A stretch of DNA of 53,515 nt from Candidatus Magasanikiibacteriota bacterium. GTDB lineage: Bacteria > Patescibacteriota > Patescibacteriia > Magasanikbacterales > UBA10003. Positions 40,076 to 49,966 of the stretch are shown one piece after another. Each line of letters opens with the position of its first letter. Position 1 is the first letter of the stretch. A program made the translations under genes and the position numbers. The stretch is from positions 1-53,515 of the forward strand of contig JACROI010000032.1 in the NCBI GenBank assembly GCA_016214465.1. The letters are read 5' to 3'. Below the pieces are notes generated by a model. That model worked only from the letters and a program-made list of their open reading frames with translations. It searched no databases and was not told the origin of the DNA.

Positions 40076-42370
40076 ATGAAAAAAGAAGATTTTAAAATAC
40101 AAGGAATGCATTGCGCCAGTTGCGCCACCAATATTGAGAACCTTTCAAAAACCCTACCAGGAGTAAAATCGGTGATTGTTGATTATGCAACGCAAAAAGG
40201 AGTTGTTTCTTTTGACGAAAACATTACAACTGTTGCAGCAATCGGGAAAAGCATCACTGATGCGTTGGGATATAAGATTACCTCCGTAGTGGAAAGAAAT
40301 TTGGAAGAAGAAAATCGTTCCTATCAAAAAGAAATTAAACAGCAAAAAAATTACACAATTTTCTCTTGGCTTGTGGCCATTCCGATTATGCTTGGAACGT
40401 TTCAAGAATATTGGATTTTGAGTTCATTTGTGCCGGTATTTTTAGCAAATAGTTATGTATTATGGCTATTAACTACGCCTTTAATGCTTGGGCCCGGACG
40501 GCAATTTTTTATCGGCACTTATCGCGGATTGAAGCATGGTTTTACAGATATGAATCTTTTGGTTTCCACAGGCACTGGCGCGGCCTATCTGCTTGGTGTA
40601 GTTAATACACTTTTCCCCAACCTTGGCTTTGGTGGCAGTGAAGTGGCCTTTTTCGAAACTGCAGCTCTTTTGATCGCTTTTCTTGTTTTAGGGCGATATC
40701 TTGAAGTTTTAACCAGAGGAAAGGCATCCGAAGCAATTAGAAAATTAATGGGATTAAAGGTAAAAATTGCCAGAGTAATTCGAAATGAAGTTGAACAAGA
40801 AATTTCCATAGAAGAAATTATCGTTGGCGATTTGATTGTGGTGAAGCCGGGGGAAAAATTTCCGGTGGATGGCGTTATTCGATTCGGTTATTCGGCGGTG
40901 GACGAATCCATGATTACAGGAGAGAGTATCCCGGTTGAAAAAAAAGAAAACGACACGATTATCGGCGCCACCATCAATTTAACTGGCCTTATTAAATTTG
41001 AGGCGACAAAAATTGGGAAAGACACGATGCTTTCTCAAATTATTAAATTTATTGAAGACGCCCAGTTGGCTAAACCAAAAATTCAAAAATTAGCCGATAA
41101 AGTTTCCGGCAATTTTATTTTAATTATTCATATTTTAGCTCTTTTTGTCTTTTTATTTTGGTTTTTTGTCGGATATGATATTTTCTTTACACCAGGAAGT
41201 CAATTTTTGCTTTCCAGCATTTCTTTGTCTTCGGTGCCAATTTCAGTTTTTGCCGTATTACTGAGCATAACGGTATTGATTATTTCCTGTCCTTGCGCCG
41301 TAGGATTAGCCACTCCAAGCGCTATTGCGGCCGGCACGGCTAAGGGAGCGGAATATGGGATTTTAATAAAAGGAGGGGATGCCTTGGAGCGCGCCTCAAA
41401 AGTTAATACAGTGGTTTTGGATAAAACTGGAACTTTAACTAAAGGTAAACCTGCGGTAACGGACATCCTGAATGTCGGATCATTGGATTCCAATCAAATA
41501 TTACAGATAGCCGCTTCAGCTGAAAAAGGTTCCGAACATCCTTTGGGCGAAGCCATGGTCAAAAACGCGCTAGAAAAAAATCTTGTCCTTAGTCCGATAG
41601 ACCATTTCCAAGCCATTCCCGGTCATGGCATTGAAGTGATAATTGACGGAAAGAAAATTTATTTGGGTAATCGCCAATTAATGAGTATTCAAAAAATAAC
41701 CATAAGTGATTTTGTTGAAGAGAAGATGCAAAAGCTTGAAGAAGACGGCAAAACGGCAATGATTTTGGCAGTAGATGGAACAATTGAAGGATTGATTGCC
41801 GTGGCTGACACATTAAAAGAGAATTCAGCTGCAGCAGTTTCTGCTTTGCAAAAAATGGATTTTGAAGTGTTGATGATCACAGGCGATAATTGGCGCACTG
41901 CGGAAGCCATTGCCAAACAGATAGGCATTCAAAATGTGCTAGCTGGAGTGTTGCCTGAAAATAAAGCGTTAGAGGTAAAAAAATTACAAGAACAAGGCAA
42001 AGTAGTAGCAATGGTTGGTGATGGCATTAATGATGCGCCGGCTTTAACGCAAGCGGATGTCGGCATTGCGATTGGAAGTGGCTCTGATATTGCCAAAGAA
42101 GCTGGACAGATAGTATTGGTGAAAGAAGATTTAAGAGACATCATCAATGCGTTTGAATTAAGCAAAAAAACGATGAGGAAGATAAAAGAAAATCTTTTTT
42201 GGGCGTTCATATATAATGCGCTTGGGGTGCCTTTGGCTGCTGGTGTATTATATCCGTGGTTTAAGTTCTTAGTCAGTCCGGAATTGGCGGCTTTGTTTAT
42301 GGCCTTTAGTTCTGTTTCGGTAACGTTAAATACACTGCTTTTAAAACGGTATAAATTTAAATATATATGA
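40076..42370 (+). CDS. copA: Copper(I)-translocating P1B-type ATPase
   Basis: HMA domain [14 protein letters not shown] motif [12 protein letters not shown] (CPC), phosphorylation site DKTGTLT, hinge GDGINDAP, and MxxSS in the last TM. Confidence 0.88.
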   Translation: MKKEDFKIQGMHCASCATNIENLSKTLPGVKSVIVDYATQKGVVSFDENITTVAAIGKSITDALGYKITSVVERNLEEENRSYQKEIKQQKNYTIFSWLVAIPIMLGTFQEYWILSSFVPVFLANSYVLWLLTTPLMLGPGRQFFIGTYRGLKHGFTDMNLLVSTGTGAAYLLGVVNTLFPNLGFGGSEVAFFETAALLIAFLVLGRYLEVLTRGKASEAIRKLMGLKVKIARVIRNEVEQEISIEEIIVGDLIVVKPGEKFPVDGVIRFGYSAVDESMITGESIPVEKKENDTIIGATINLTGLIKFEATKIGKDTMLSQIIKFIEDAQLAKPKIQKLADKVSGNFILIIHILALFVFLFWFFVGYDIFFTPGSQFLLSSISLSSVPISVFAVLLSITVLIISCPCAVGLATPSAIAAGTAKGAEYGILIKGGDALERASKVNTVVLDKTGTLTKGKPAVTDILNVGSLDSNQILQIAASAEKGSEHPLGEAMVKNALEKNLVLSPIDHFQAIPGHGIEVIIDGKKIYLGNRQLMSIQKITISDFVEEKMQKLEEDGKTAMILAVDGTIEGLIAVADTLKENSAAAVSALQKMDFEVLMITGDNWRTAEAIAKQIGIQNVLAGVLPENKALEVKKLQEQGKVVAMVGDGINDAPALTQADVGIAIGSGSDIAKEAGQIVLVKEDLRDIINAFELSKKTMRKIKENLFWAFIYNALGVPLAAGVLYPWFKFLVSPELAALFMAFSSVSVTLNTLLLKRYKFKYI

Positions 42371-42570
42371 AAAATGCGCCCAAAAATTTTTTTATTATTT
42401 CTCTTGCATTAGCCGGTTTTTTTAGTTTTTTGTTTATTTTAACAGCTAATAATCAAAGAGGAGTTGAAAAATTTGACATATACTTGGGAATGATATGGAT
42501 TTTCGTTTTATCATTTATTGTTGCCTTATCCTTAGCGCATATGTTTAAAAAAGATAAACAAAATGAATAA
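42367..42570 (+). CDS. Small membrane protein (2 TM), hypothetical
   Basis: Two hydrophobic helices are present. The start overlaps the copA stop (ATGA). Confidence 0.45.
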   Translation: MKNAPKNFFIISLALAGFFSFLFILTANNQRGVEKFDIYLGMIWIFVLSFIVALSLAHMFKKDKQNE

Positions 42571-42592
42571 AAAGAGAATAAATTGAGATAGT

Positions 42593-43291
42593 ATGCAATA
42601 CGCTTGGCTAATTTGGAGTTTACTATTAATAATAATCTGGCTCATGGTTTATTTTTCACTGAACGGCAAATATAAAAAGCGTGAGATGTTGATTGTGAGT
42701 TTGTGGACATCCGCCATTGGTCTTACTGAACCACTATTTGTTCCTGAATATTGGAGTCCACCGTCTCTTTTTAATTTAGCGTTACGCACTGGTTTTGATA
42801 TTGAAAGTCTTATTTTTTCATTTGGCATTGGCGGGATTGCGGTTATAATTTATGAACTGATTTTTAAAACAAAACATGAAAAAATCAGCTCTCATGAACG
42901 GCACTCGCTACACCATCGCTATCATTTGGTAGCGCTTCTTTCCGCGCCGATCATTTTTTTCTTGCTTCTTGTAATAACTTCTATCAATCCAATCTATATT
43001 GCGATAATCGCAATGACTGGCGGCGGGTTGTTTCCATGGTATTGCCGTCCCGATTTAAAGAAAAAAATGATCACCAGCGCGGTAATATTTTTAGGGATAT
43101 ATTTTGTATATTTTCTTACGCTTATTGCTATGTATCCGGGTTATGTGGAAAAAGTTTGGAATTTAAAAGTTATTTCTGGAATTTTGATTCTCGGAGTTCC
43201 CTTTGAGGAACTACTGTTTGCACTAAGTTTTGGCTTTATTTGGTCTAGTGTATACGAACATTTAACATGGCGTAAAATAAAGACAGTATGA
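42593..43291 (+). CDS. Polytopic membrane protein, hypothetical
   Basis: About 6 TM helices are present. No motif was recognised with confidence. Confidence 0.5.
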   Translation: MQYAWLIWSLLLIIIWLMVYFSLNGKYKKREMLIVSLWTSAIGLTEPLFVPEYWSPPSLFNLALRTGFDIESLIFSFGIGGIAVIIYELIFKTKHEKISSHERHSLHHRYHLVALLSAPIIFFLLLVITSINPIYIAIIAMTGGGLFPWYCRPDLKKKMITSAVIFLGIYFVYFLTLIAMYPGYVEKVWNLKVISGILILGVPFEELLFALSFGFIWSSVYEHLTWRKIKTV

Positions 43292-43372
43292 AACAAAAAA
43301 AGAGATTGATCAAATAATTCAAAATATTATCAATAACGTGAAATAAATTTACGCAGAGTAAATAATAAAAAT

Positions 43373-44341
43373 ATGGAAGGAAAACCTCTAATTATTCAAA
43401 ATGGCAATAAGTTCCAGTTATACACCTACAAGTCAGAGAAAGAGCTGGAAAATATAGTGACTCAATATACCGCAGAAATATTCGGGAAAGATTCTGTTTA
43501 TATTAATTTAAAAAGGAAAATAACCAGTGTTAAGGGCATTTCAGGAATACCCGATGGATTTGTGTTAGATTTTGAAAGAAAAAAACTCTTTATAGTTGAA
43601 GTTGAGTTGATCTCACACCATATTATTGACCACATTACAAGACAGCTCCTTTGTTTCAAGATTGCCATGAATAACCCTGAACTCAAGGATAAACTGGCGC
43701 AAGAATTTTATGAAAAAATTATTAGAGATGATTTAAAAAAAGAAATAACCTTACTTGATGTTCAGAATATTATAGGAAAAAATTTTGGGATAGCAATATT
43801 AATTGATAATATTTCGGAACAGCTGGTTGAAATAGTTAATATGCTTTCACAAGACGGGACAGATGTATTAGCTATTCCGTTTGAAATGTATATAGATCAA
43901 AAAAGTAATAAAATTTTTAAATTTACTACTTTCACAAAGACGGCTCTTGAGAAAGAATCAAAAAAATGGACTTTCAAGTGGACTACGGTTCCGCTCGAGA
44001 AACATCTTGAAAAAGGTGAAAATAATCTCGAAAAAATCTTTTCACTATTGAATTCAGAAATCTGCTCTATCGCGGGTGTGTCTCAAAAATCAAGAAAAAA
44101 TTGGGTGACTTATCAAACATCCCCTTTAAAAAATTTTTGTACTATCAAATTTCTTCCAGATTCTTTAGAAGTTAACTTAAAATGCAATCATCAATTTCAG
44201 GACGAGAAAGATATTTCAAAAACGATAAAACGAACTCCTTCTTGGACATTTGATAGAGTATTTAATGTAAGGTCAGAAAATGAAGTTGAATACGCAATGT
44301 ACCTGATAAGACAAGCCCACAGGTGCATTTGTGATAAGTAA
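43373..44341 (+). CDS. Hypothetical protein with PD-(D/E)xK nuclease-like N-terminal motif
   Basis: GIPDGFVLDFERKKLFIVEVELISH resembles a D...E.E/K restriction-endonuclease-fold core. The C-terminal half is unassigned. Confidence 0.45.
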   Translation: MEGKPLIIQNGNKFQLYTYKSEKELENIVTQYTAEIFGKDSVYINLKRKITSVKGISGIPDGFVLDFERKKLFIVEVELISHHIIDHITRQLLCFKIAMNNPELKDKLAQEFYEKIIRDDLKKEITLLDVQNIIGKNFGIAILIDNISEQLVEIVNMLSQDGTDVLAIPFEMYIDQKSNKIFKFTTFTKTALEKESKKWTFKWTTVPLEKHLEKGENNLEKIFSLLNSEICSIAGVSQKSRKNWVTYQTSPLKNFCTIKFLPDSLEVNLKCNHQFQDEKDISKTIKRTPSWTFDRVFNVRSENEVEYAMYLIRQAHRCICDK

Positions 44342-44358
44342 AATTAAACAAATTGAAT

Positions 44359-45762
44359 ATGAATAGATATAATTTAATAATCATCGGCGGAGGAGCAGGC
44401 GCATTTGCGGCCGCTATCCGCGCCAACGAGCTGAAAGCCAAAACGGCGATCGTGAACGCAGGGCTTCCGATCGGTGGCACTTGCGTCAATGTCGGATGCG
44501 TGCCGTCAAAAATACTTCTCTATGCCGGTGAAGTTTTGCACCACGCCAAACATCACGGCATTCCCGGTGTTGAGCTTGAAGTGAAGAATTTTGATTTTCA
44601 AAAAGTCGTGCAAGACGAACTCTCGCTGGTGGAAAAATTGCGTCAAGAAAAATACGAAAAAGTACTAAAAAATTTAGAGTATGTAACGCTCGTTGAGGGA
44701 AAGGCAAAATTTGTTTCTCAAAACGAGGTGGAAGTGAACGGCGAAAAATTGATTGCGGAAAAATTTATTATCGCCACGGGTTCCACCGCCAATGTGCCAT
44801 CGATTGAAGGTATCCACGAAGTCGGATTTGTTACGCACATTGGAGCATTCCGCCTTGAAAAACAACCGAAAGAATTAGTCGTTATCGGTGCAGGCCCAGT
44901 CGGTTTGGAATTTGCACAAACGTTCAGCCATTTTGATACAAAGGTAACTGTTTTACAACGTGGAGATTCAATTTTTCCGCACTCCGAAAAAACGCTTACC
45001 GACCGACTAGCCGAAGTGTTGACAAAAGAAGGAATCACTATCAAGACGAATGTTGAAGTGAAAAGCGCGCAAAAGGGAAACGATAAAAAAATAATCTCGT
45101 ATCTTATAAATGGAAAATCGGAGGAAGTATCGGGCGATGAAATACTTTTAGCGGCAGGCAAAACACCCAACACGCAAGAACTTGGTCTTGATGTAGTTGG
45201 TGTTGAAATAAGCAAACAGCAGGCAGTTGTCGTCAATCAGTATTTCCAAACTTCAAACAAAAATATTTTTGCAGTCGGTGATGTTACCAACGCTCCCGTG
45301 CGTCTTGAGACAACCGCCGGACGCGAGGGCACGCTTGCCGCTGAAAATGCGCTCAAAGGCACGCAATTGTTTATTGATTACAATACAGTGCCTTACGCTA
45401 TTTTTACCGACCCACAGCTTGCTGGTGTTGGTTTTACCGAAGACGAGCAAATGAAACAAATGGGAGTTTGCGCCTGCCGAACTGTTTCGTTTGCCGATGT
45501 TCCTAAGGCGATCATCATACATCGCACCGAGGGAATGATAAAAATGGCGATTCATCCGCAAACAAAACAAATTCTCGGCGTGCATATTCTCGCGCCAAAT
45601 GCGAGCGAGCTTATCGCCGAGGCGATGATGCTCGTCAAGAACAAAAATACAATTGACGATGTGGTCAATTCTCTCCCAATGTTCCCGACACTTTCCGAGG
45701 CGATTAAAATTGTGGCATTATCTTTTATCAAAGACATTAGTAAATTAAGTTGTTGTATATGA
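44359..45762 (+). CDS. merA: Mercuric reductase-like pyridine nucleotide-disulfide oxidoreductase (no NmerA domain)
   Basis: FAD motif IIIGGGAGAFAAA, redox-active GGTCVNVGCVPSK, NAD motif VIGAGPVGLEFA, and a C-terminal vicinal pair ...ISKLSCCI, as in the MerA C-terminal Hg-binding CC. Confidence 0.7.
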   Translation: MNRYNLIIIGGGAGAFAAAIRANELKAKTAIVNAGLPIGGTCVNVGCVPSKILLYAGEVLHHAKHHGIPGVELEVKNFDFQKVVQDELSLVEKLRQEKYEKVLKNLEYVTLVEGKAKFVSQNEVEVNGEKLIAEKFIIATGSTANVPSIEGIHEVGFVTHIGAFRLEKQPKELVVIGAGPVGLEFAQTFSHFDTKVTVLQRGDSIFPHSEKTLTDRLAEVLTKEGITIKTNVEVKSAQKGNDKKIISYLINGKSEEVSGDEILLAAGKTPNTQELGLDVVGVEISKQQAVVVNQYFQTSNKNIFAVGDVTNAPVRLETTAGREGTLAAENALKGTQLFIDYNTVPYAIFTDPQLAGVGFTEDEQMKQMGVCACRTVSFADVPKAIIIHRTEGMIKMAIHPQTKQILGVHILAPNASELIAEAMMLVKNKNTIDDVVNSLPMFPTLSEAIKIVALSFIKDISKLSCCI

Positions 45763-46186
45763 ATGAACACCCACAAATTAAAACGCTGGAATACAGTTAT
45801 ATCGCCGATGGCATTTACATTGGTACGAATCAATGCTGTCAGACGCACTTTGACGAGAAATTGAGAAAAGAAGGTATAACTGCCAATATTTCTTTGGAAG
45901 AAGAACGAATTGACGCGCCTTTTGGCGTAGAATTTTTTATTTGGATTCCAATAAAAAATTTTCTGTTTTAGAGAAATTAGTTTCACTGAAGAAAAAGATT
46001 TATGTCCATTGTAAAAACGGACATGGCAGAGCGCCGACATTAGTGGCCGCTTACTTAATTAGGCAAGGCAAAAGCCCTGATAAAGCAATAACATTTATTA
46101 AAGCAAAACGGCCGTCAATACACTTGGAAGACGTTCAAAGACAAGCATTGGTTGAATTTTCCGCGAGAATGAGCAAAAATGAGTGA
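45759..46186 (+). pseudogene. Dual-specificity/tyrosine phosphatase (CX5R) interrupted by a frameshift at an A6 run
   Basis: The N-terminal part (45759-45971) and the C-terminal part (frame of 45941-46186, VHCKNGHGRAPT = HCX5R) are joined by a -1 shift at aaaaaa (45953-45958). The start overlaps the merA stop (ATGA). Confidence 0.6.
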
Positions 46187-48536
46187 AAGTTATTTATTTG
46201 TTAAACCTATGAACCATACATACAATCACAACAATCAAGATCAGTCATCCGCCGGCGGGCAAAATAAATGCGCTAATGATTGCGTGTGCTCCGTTTGCGA
46301 ATCTGAAAAACTATCCGTCAATTGCGGCTGTGAAATGGAAGCCAAGCAGTATGAATATAATTTAGTGGGTAAGTTGCGGCATGAAGAACATGGACGCGCG
46401 CCCGATAAAAAAACTAAACAAGAGCCAGTCGATCATAACCAGATGAAGAATCACGCGGAGCATGACCCCTCGACTTCGCTCGGGGCAAGTATGTCCAAAA
46501 TGCCTGCCCCGAGCGGAGTCGAGGGGAGCCACCAAGATCATGAGACGGCGATGACCAATCCCCAGATGGCGAAAGCGATGGAAGCGGAGATGCGCCGCCG
46601 GTTTTGGATTTCTTTAATTTTATCCATTCCCATTTTTTTATATTCGCCGGTTGGCATAAACTTTTTCAAACTTTCTCTGCCAACGCCTGTTCCTGTTAAT
46701 TGGCTGCTTTTTATTCTCACCACGCCGATTGTTTTTTGGGCCGGCTCAATTTTTATTACCGGAACTTATTATTCGCTCAAAAGCAGAAAACTGAATATGT
46801 CGGTTCTAGTATCAACCGGCGTTTTGGCGGCATATTTTTTTAGCGTTGTTTTAACCATAACCGGCGGCGAAGAGACATTTTATGAAGCGGCGGCGCTTTT
46901 ATTAACTTTTGTTTTGTTCGGCCATTGGATGGAAATGAAATCCCGGCGCGGCACTTCGGAGTCGTTGCGGGCTTTATTTGATTTAGTCCCTCCGCAAGCA
47001 AGGGTCTGGCGTGACGGACAGGAAGTTATAATTCTCAGCGCTGAAATTGTGGCCGGAGATATTGTCATACTTAAACCCGGTGATAAAGTTCCGGTTGACG
47101 GTGAAGTTATGGAAGGCGAATCTTCAATAGATGAATCACTGGTTACGGGCGAATCAATTCCCGTTACAAAAAAAATCAACGACAAAGTTATCGGCGGATC
47201 AATAAATCAAACTGGCGCGATTAAGTTTAAAGCAGTCAAAGTTGGAGGAGAAACGGTTTTAGCCCAAATTATTAAAATGGTGGAAACCGCGCAAAATTCC
47301 AAAGCGCCCGGGCAAAGAATCGCCGACAAAGCAGCCGGTTGGCTTGTTGTTTTGGCGATCGGCTCGGGACTGATGACTTTTTTCGGTTGGTATTTTATTG
47401 CCGGAGCAACTCTTATCTTAGCTCTTACTTTCGCTGTTTCCACTATTGTGATTGCCTGCCCGGATGCTTTGGGACTGGCCACGCCAACCGCCGTTGCCGT
47501 GGGTACGGGTCTCGGGGCTAAGCACAACATCCTTATCAAAGACGCGGCCACGCTGGAAAATACATCAAAATTAACCGCTATTGTTCTTGATAAAACAGGG
47601 ACGCTTACAGAAGGGAAACCAAGAGTGACAGAGATTGTGGCGGCAGAAGGCTATAATCAAAATCAGGTTTTAGAAATAACCGCGATCGTAGAGATCAATT
47701 CTAATCACCCTATCAGTGCCGCTCTCATTAAAGAAGCCGAAAATAAAAGAGTGGAGTTTAGAAACAAAAAAACTGAAAAATTTGAAGCCATTGGCGGGCA
47801 TGGAGTAAAAGCGGTAATTGACGGGAAAGTCGTCTTGGCCGGGACCGAGCGTTTAATGATTGACAATAAAATTGATTTTGGAAAAATGAAAGCGGAAATA
47901 GACCGCCTTTTGTCTAACGGAAACACTATCAGCATCTTGGCGGTTGATGGAAAAATTATCGGCGCGGTTGGTATCGCCGACGAGGTCAAACCAACGGCAA
48001 AAACCGCGGTGGCTAAATTGCAGGAGATGGGAATTGAAGTGGCAATGATAACCGGAGATCATGAAGAGGTGGCGAAAAAAGTCGCCAATGATTTGGGAAT
48101 AAAACGGTATTTTGCGCAGGTTCTGCCGGAAGACAAAGCAAAATATGTTAAGAAACTTCAGGAAGAAGGAAAATTTGTGGCAATGGTCGGCGATGGCATT
48201 AACGATGCCCCGGCGTTAGCTCAAGCGGATATCGGAATTGCTATCGGCGCTGGTACCGATGTTGCCATAGAAACCGGCAATATTGTGCTGATGAAATCCG
48301 ATCCGTACGATATTGTGGCGGCAATCCGTTTAAGCAGGGCGACTGTTGTTAAGATGAAGCAAAATCTTTTTTGGGCGGCGATTTATAATGTTTTGGCTAT
48401 TCCGGTGGCAGCGGGAGTATTTTACACTTCTTCCGGCATTTCACTGCGTCCGGAAATTTCCGCTCTTTTGATGTCCGCTTCTTCTATCATTGTTGCCACT
48501 AACGCGGTATTATTAAAGCGCGTTGAGTATTATTAA
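46179..48536 (+). CDS. copB: CopB-like P1B-type heavy-metal ATPase with Cys/His-rich N-terminus and CPD transmembrane motif
   Basis: The N-terminus carries CANDCVCSVCESEKLSVNCGC and His-rich stretches. The TM motif is IACPDALGLATP (codon gat, Asp). [15 protein letters not shown] and MSASSIIVATNAVLL (CopB-type last TM) are present. Confidence 0.8.
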   Translation: MSESYLFVKPMNHTYNHNNQDQSSAGGQNKCANDCVCSVCESEKLSVNCGCEMEAKQYEYNLVGKLRHEEHGRAPDKKTKQEPVDHNQMKNHAEHDPSTSLGASMSKMPAPSGVEGSHQDHETAMTNPQMAKAMEAEMRRRFWISLILSIPIFLYSPVGINFFKLSLPTPVPVNWLLFILTTPIVFWAGSIFITGTYYSLKSRKLNMSVLVSTGVLAAYFFSVVLTITGGEETFYEAAALLLTFVLFGHWMEMKSRRGTSESLRALFDLVPPQARVWRDGQEVIILSAEIVAGDIVILKPGDKVPVDGEVMEGESSIDESLVTGESIPVTKKINDKVIGGSINQTGAIKFKAVKVGGETVLAQIIKMVETAQNSKAPGQRIADKAAGWLVVLAIGSGLMTFFGWYFIAGATLILALTFAVSTIVIACPDALGLATPTAVAVGTGLGAKHNILIKDAATLENTSKLTAIVLDKTGTLTEGKPRVTEIVAAEGYNQNQVLEITAIVEINSNHPISAALIKEAENKRVEFRNKKTEKFEAIGGHGVKAVIDGKVVLAGTERLMIDNKIDFGKMKAEIDRLLSNGNTISILAVDGKIIGAVGIADEVKPTAKTAVAKLQEMGIEVAMITGDHEEVAKKVANDLGIKRYFAQVLPEDKAKYVKKLQEEGKFVAMVGDGINDAPALAQADIGIAIGAGTDVAIETGNIVLMKSDPYDIVAAIRLSRATVVKMKQNLFWAAIYNVLAIPVAAGVFYTSSGISLRPEISALLMSASSIIVATNAVLLKRVEYY

Positions 48537-48546
48537 AGCGCGTTGA
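48507..48546 (+). repeat. Perfect 20-bp tandem duplication spanning the copB-like stop codon
   Basis: gtattattaaagcgcgttga occurs at 48507-48526 and again at 48527-48546. Confidence 0.85.
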
Positions 48547-48583
48547 ATCACATTTGAAAAGATAATTATATTTTTAATGATTT

Positions 48584-48958
48584 ATGTCAATTAATAATAA
48601 AAGTACAGACAAACAATTAAACAAAGTAAAACAAGTCTATTCTTTCTGGGGTCGATTTCCATTATTTTATATGTGGCAGGATTATATTACTTTTATTGGC
48701 CGGCCGAGTTTTATTCGCGGCCTGGCGATCAAGCAGTTGAATTTACGACCTGGAAGTAAAGTGTTGGAAGTTGCTTGCGGTTCGGGCCGGAATTTTTCTT
48801 TTATTATGGAGGTCATTGGCAGAGATGGAGTATTGGTTGGTTTTGATTACAGCCAAGAGATGCTTGATGCGGCGCAAAAGTTGTGTCAAAAGAAGAATTG
48901 GGATAACACAAAATTGATTCGAGGCGACGCGGCTGAGTTAAAAGCGGTTAAACATTGA
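48584..48958 (+). pseudogene. Truncated class I SAM-dependent methyltransferase (N-terminal half only)
   Basis: Motif I VLEVACGSGRN, then LVGFDYSQEML and IRGDAAEL. The ORF then stops, so about 80-100 aa of the Rossmann fold are missing. The downstream sequence is a terminator and then rpmB. Confidence 0.45.
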
Positions 48959-48974
48959 TAAATTAGATTGTTTA

Positions 48975-49003
48975 AAAATATCCTCTATTTAGGAGGATAT
49001 TTT
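48975..49003. terminator. Bidirectional hairpin terminator between convergent genes
   Basis: aaaatatcctc-tatttag-gaggatatttt is an 11-bp stem flanked by A/T tracts on both sides. Confidence 0.6.
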
Positions 49004-49015
49004 GTTTGTTATGCG

Positions 49016-49189
49016 TTATTTCGCTTTAGCCAAGGTCTTTAGGCATTTGGTGCAGATTTTCATTTTTTTGCCATTGACTTTTTGCCATTGCAAATTGACA
49101 AAGACGCGGCGTTTGGTCTTGATGTTGGAGTGACTGCGAGTAGCGCCTTTAATCGCCCCGCGGCCGCATTTAGAGCATTTTCTAGCCAT
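49016..49189 (-). CDS. rpmB: 50S ribosomal protein L28
   Basis: MARKCSKCGRGAIKGATRSHSNIKTKRRVFVNLQ... is the L28 signature. The start is taken at the internal Met of the ORF-track entry. Confidence 0.85.
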   Translation of the reverse strand: MARKCSKCGRGAIKGATRSHSNIKTKRRVFVNLQWQKVNGKKMKICTKCLKTLAKAK

Positions 49190-49251
49190 ATAGTAATGAT
49201 TAAATAAGTGTGGTATGATTCTATCATAGAATTTATTAATTGGCAAGTATT

Positions 49252-49875
49252 ATGGATTTTCTTTCTTTAATTTTTTATTTTATCATTATTATTCCGTCGG
49301 CTATTATTCATGAATACGCGCACGGTTGGATGGCTTGGATGCTTGGAGATCCGACTGCCAAATACGCCGGCCGATTATCATTGGACCCGCGCGTGCATAT
49401 TGATAAATGGGGCACGATTCTTTTGCCGATTTTTTTGTATTTTGTCTCCGGAGGAAGTTTTGTTTTCGCTTATGCCAAGCCAGTGCCGTACAATCCTTAC
49501 AATTTGAAAGATCAAAAATGGGGGCCGGCGATGGTGGGACTGGCCGGGCCAATGGCGAACATTGCCACTGCCTTGTTTTTTAGTATTTTTATTCGCGTAG
49601 CTGGCATTCCTTCATCGTCTTTTATTTTTTCCGTTATCAGTTTTTTCACTTTGATTGTCTATGCCAACATTGTTTTGGCGATTTTTAATTTAATGCCTAT
49701 TCCGCCATTGGATGGTTCAAAAATTTTATACGCTGTTTTGCCAAACAGCGCTTACAAAGTGCGCGAATTTTTGGAAAGGTATAGTATTTTTTTGCTTTTT
49801 TTCTTTATTTTTTTCGCGTTTGAAATAATAAGGCCAGTGATTGAGGCAGTGTTTAGATTAATGGTAGGAAGTTGA
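49252..49875 (+). CDS. Site-2 protease (M50) family membrane metalloprotease
   Basis: HEYAHGWMAWMLGD (HExxH) in TM1, with NLMPIPPLDGSKIL (LDG motif) later. Confidence 0.8.
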   Translation: MDFLSLIFYFIIIIPSAIIHEYAHGWMAWMLGDPTAKYAGRLSLDPRVHIDKWGTILLPIFLYFVSGGSFVFAYAKPVPYNPYNLKDQKWGPAMVGLAGPMANIATALFFSIFIRVAGIPSSSFIFSVISFFTLIVYANIVLAIFNLMPIPPLDGSKILYAVLPNSAYKVREFLERYSIFLLFFFIFFAFEIIRPVIEAVFRLMVGS

Positions 49876-49900
49876 CAGATTTTTGGCTTTGATATAGAAT
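49872..49900 (+). promoter_or_regulatory. Promoter TTGACA-17-TAGAAT upstream of the str operon
   Basis: ttgaca (49872-49877, overlapping the M50 stop codon), a 17-nt spacer, then tagaat (49895-49900). Confidence 0.5.
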
Positions 49901-49966
49901 ATCTTCAAGTAAACTTTGGTGACAGATCCTAAATCTCCTTGTGTTTTTTTGTTCAAAATTCTAAAT

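Noticed and set aside
24374-48958. Metal/thiol island as a classical integrative element, transposon or prophage
   Set aside because: No integrase, transposase, recombinase, conjugation or phage genes are present. No flanking tRNA or long direct repeats were found. Only small scars at the right edge are seen. The region is reported as an accessory island without a claimed mobility mechanism.
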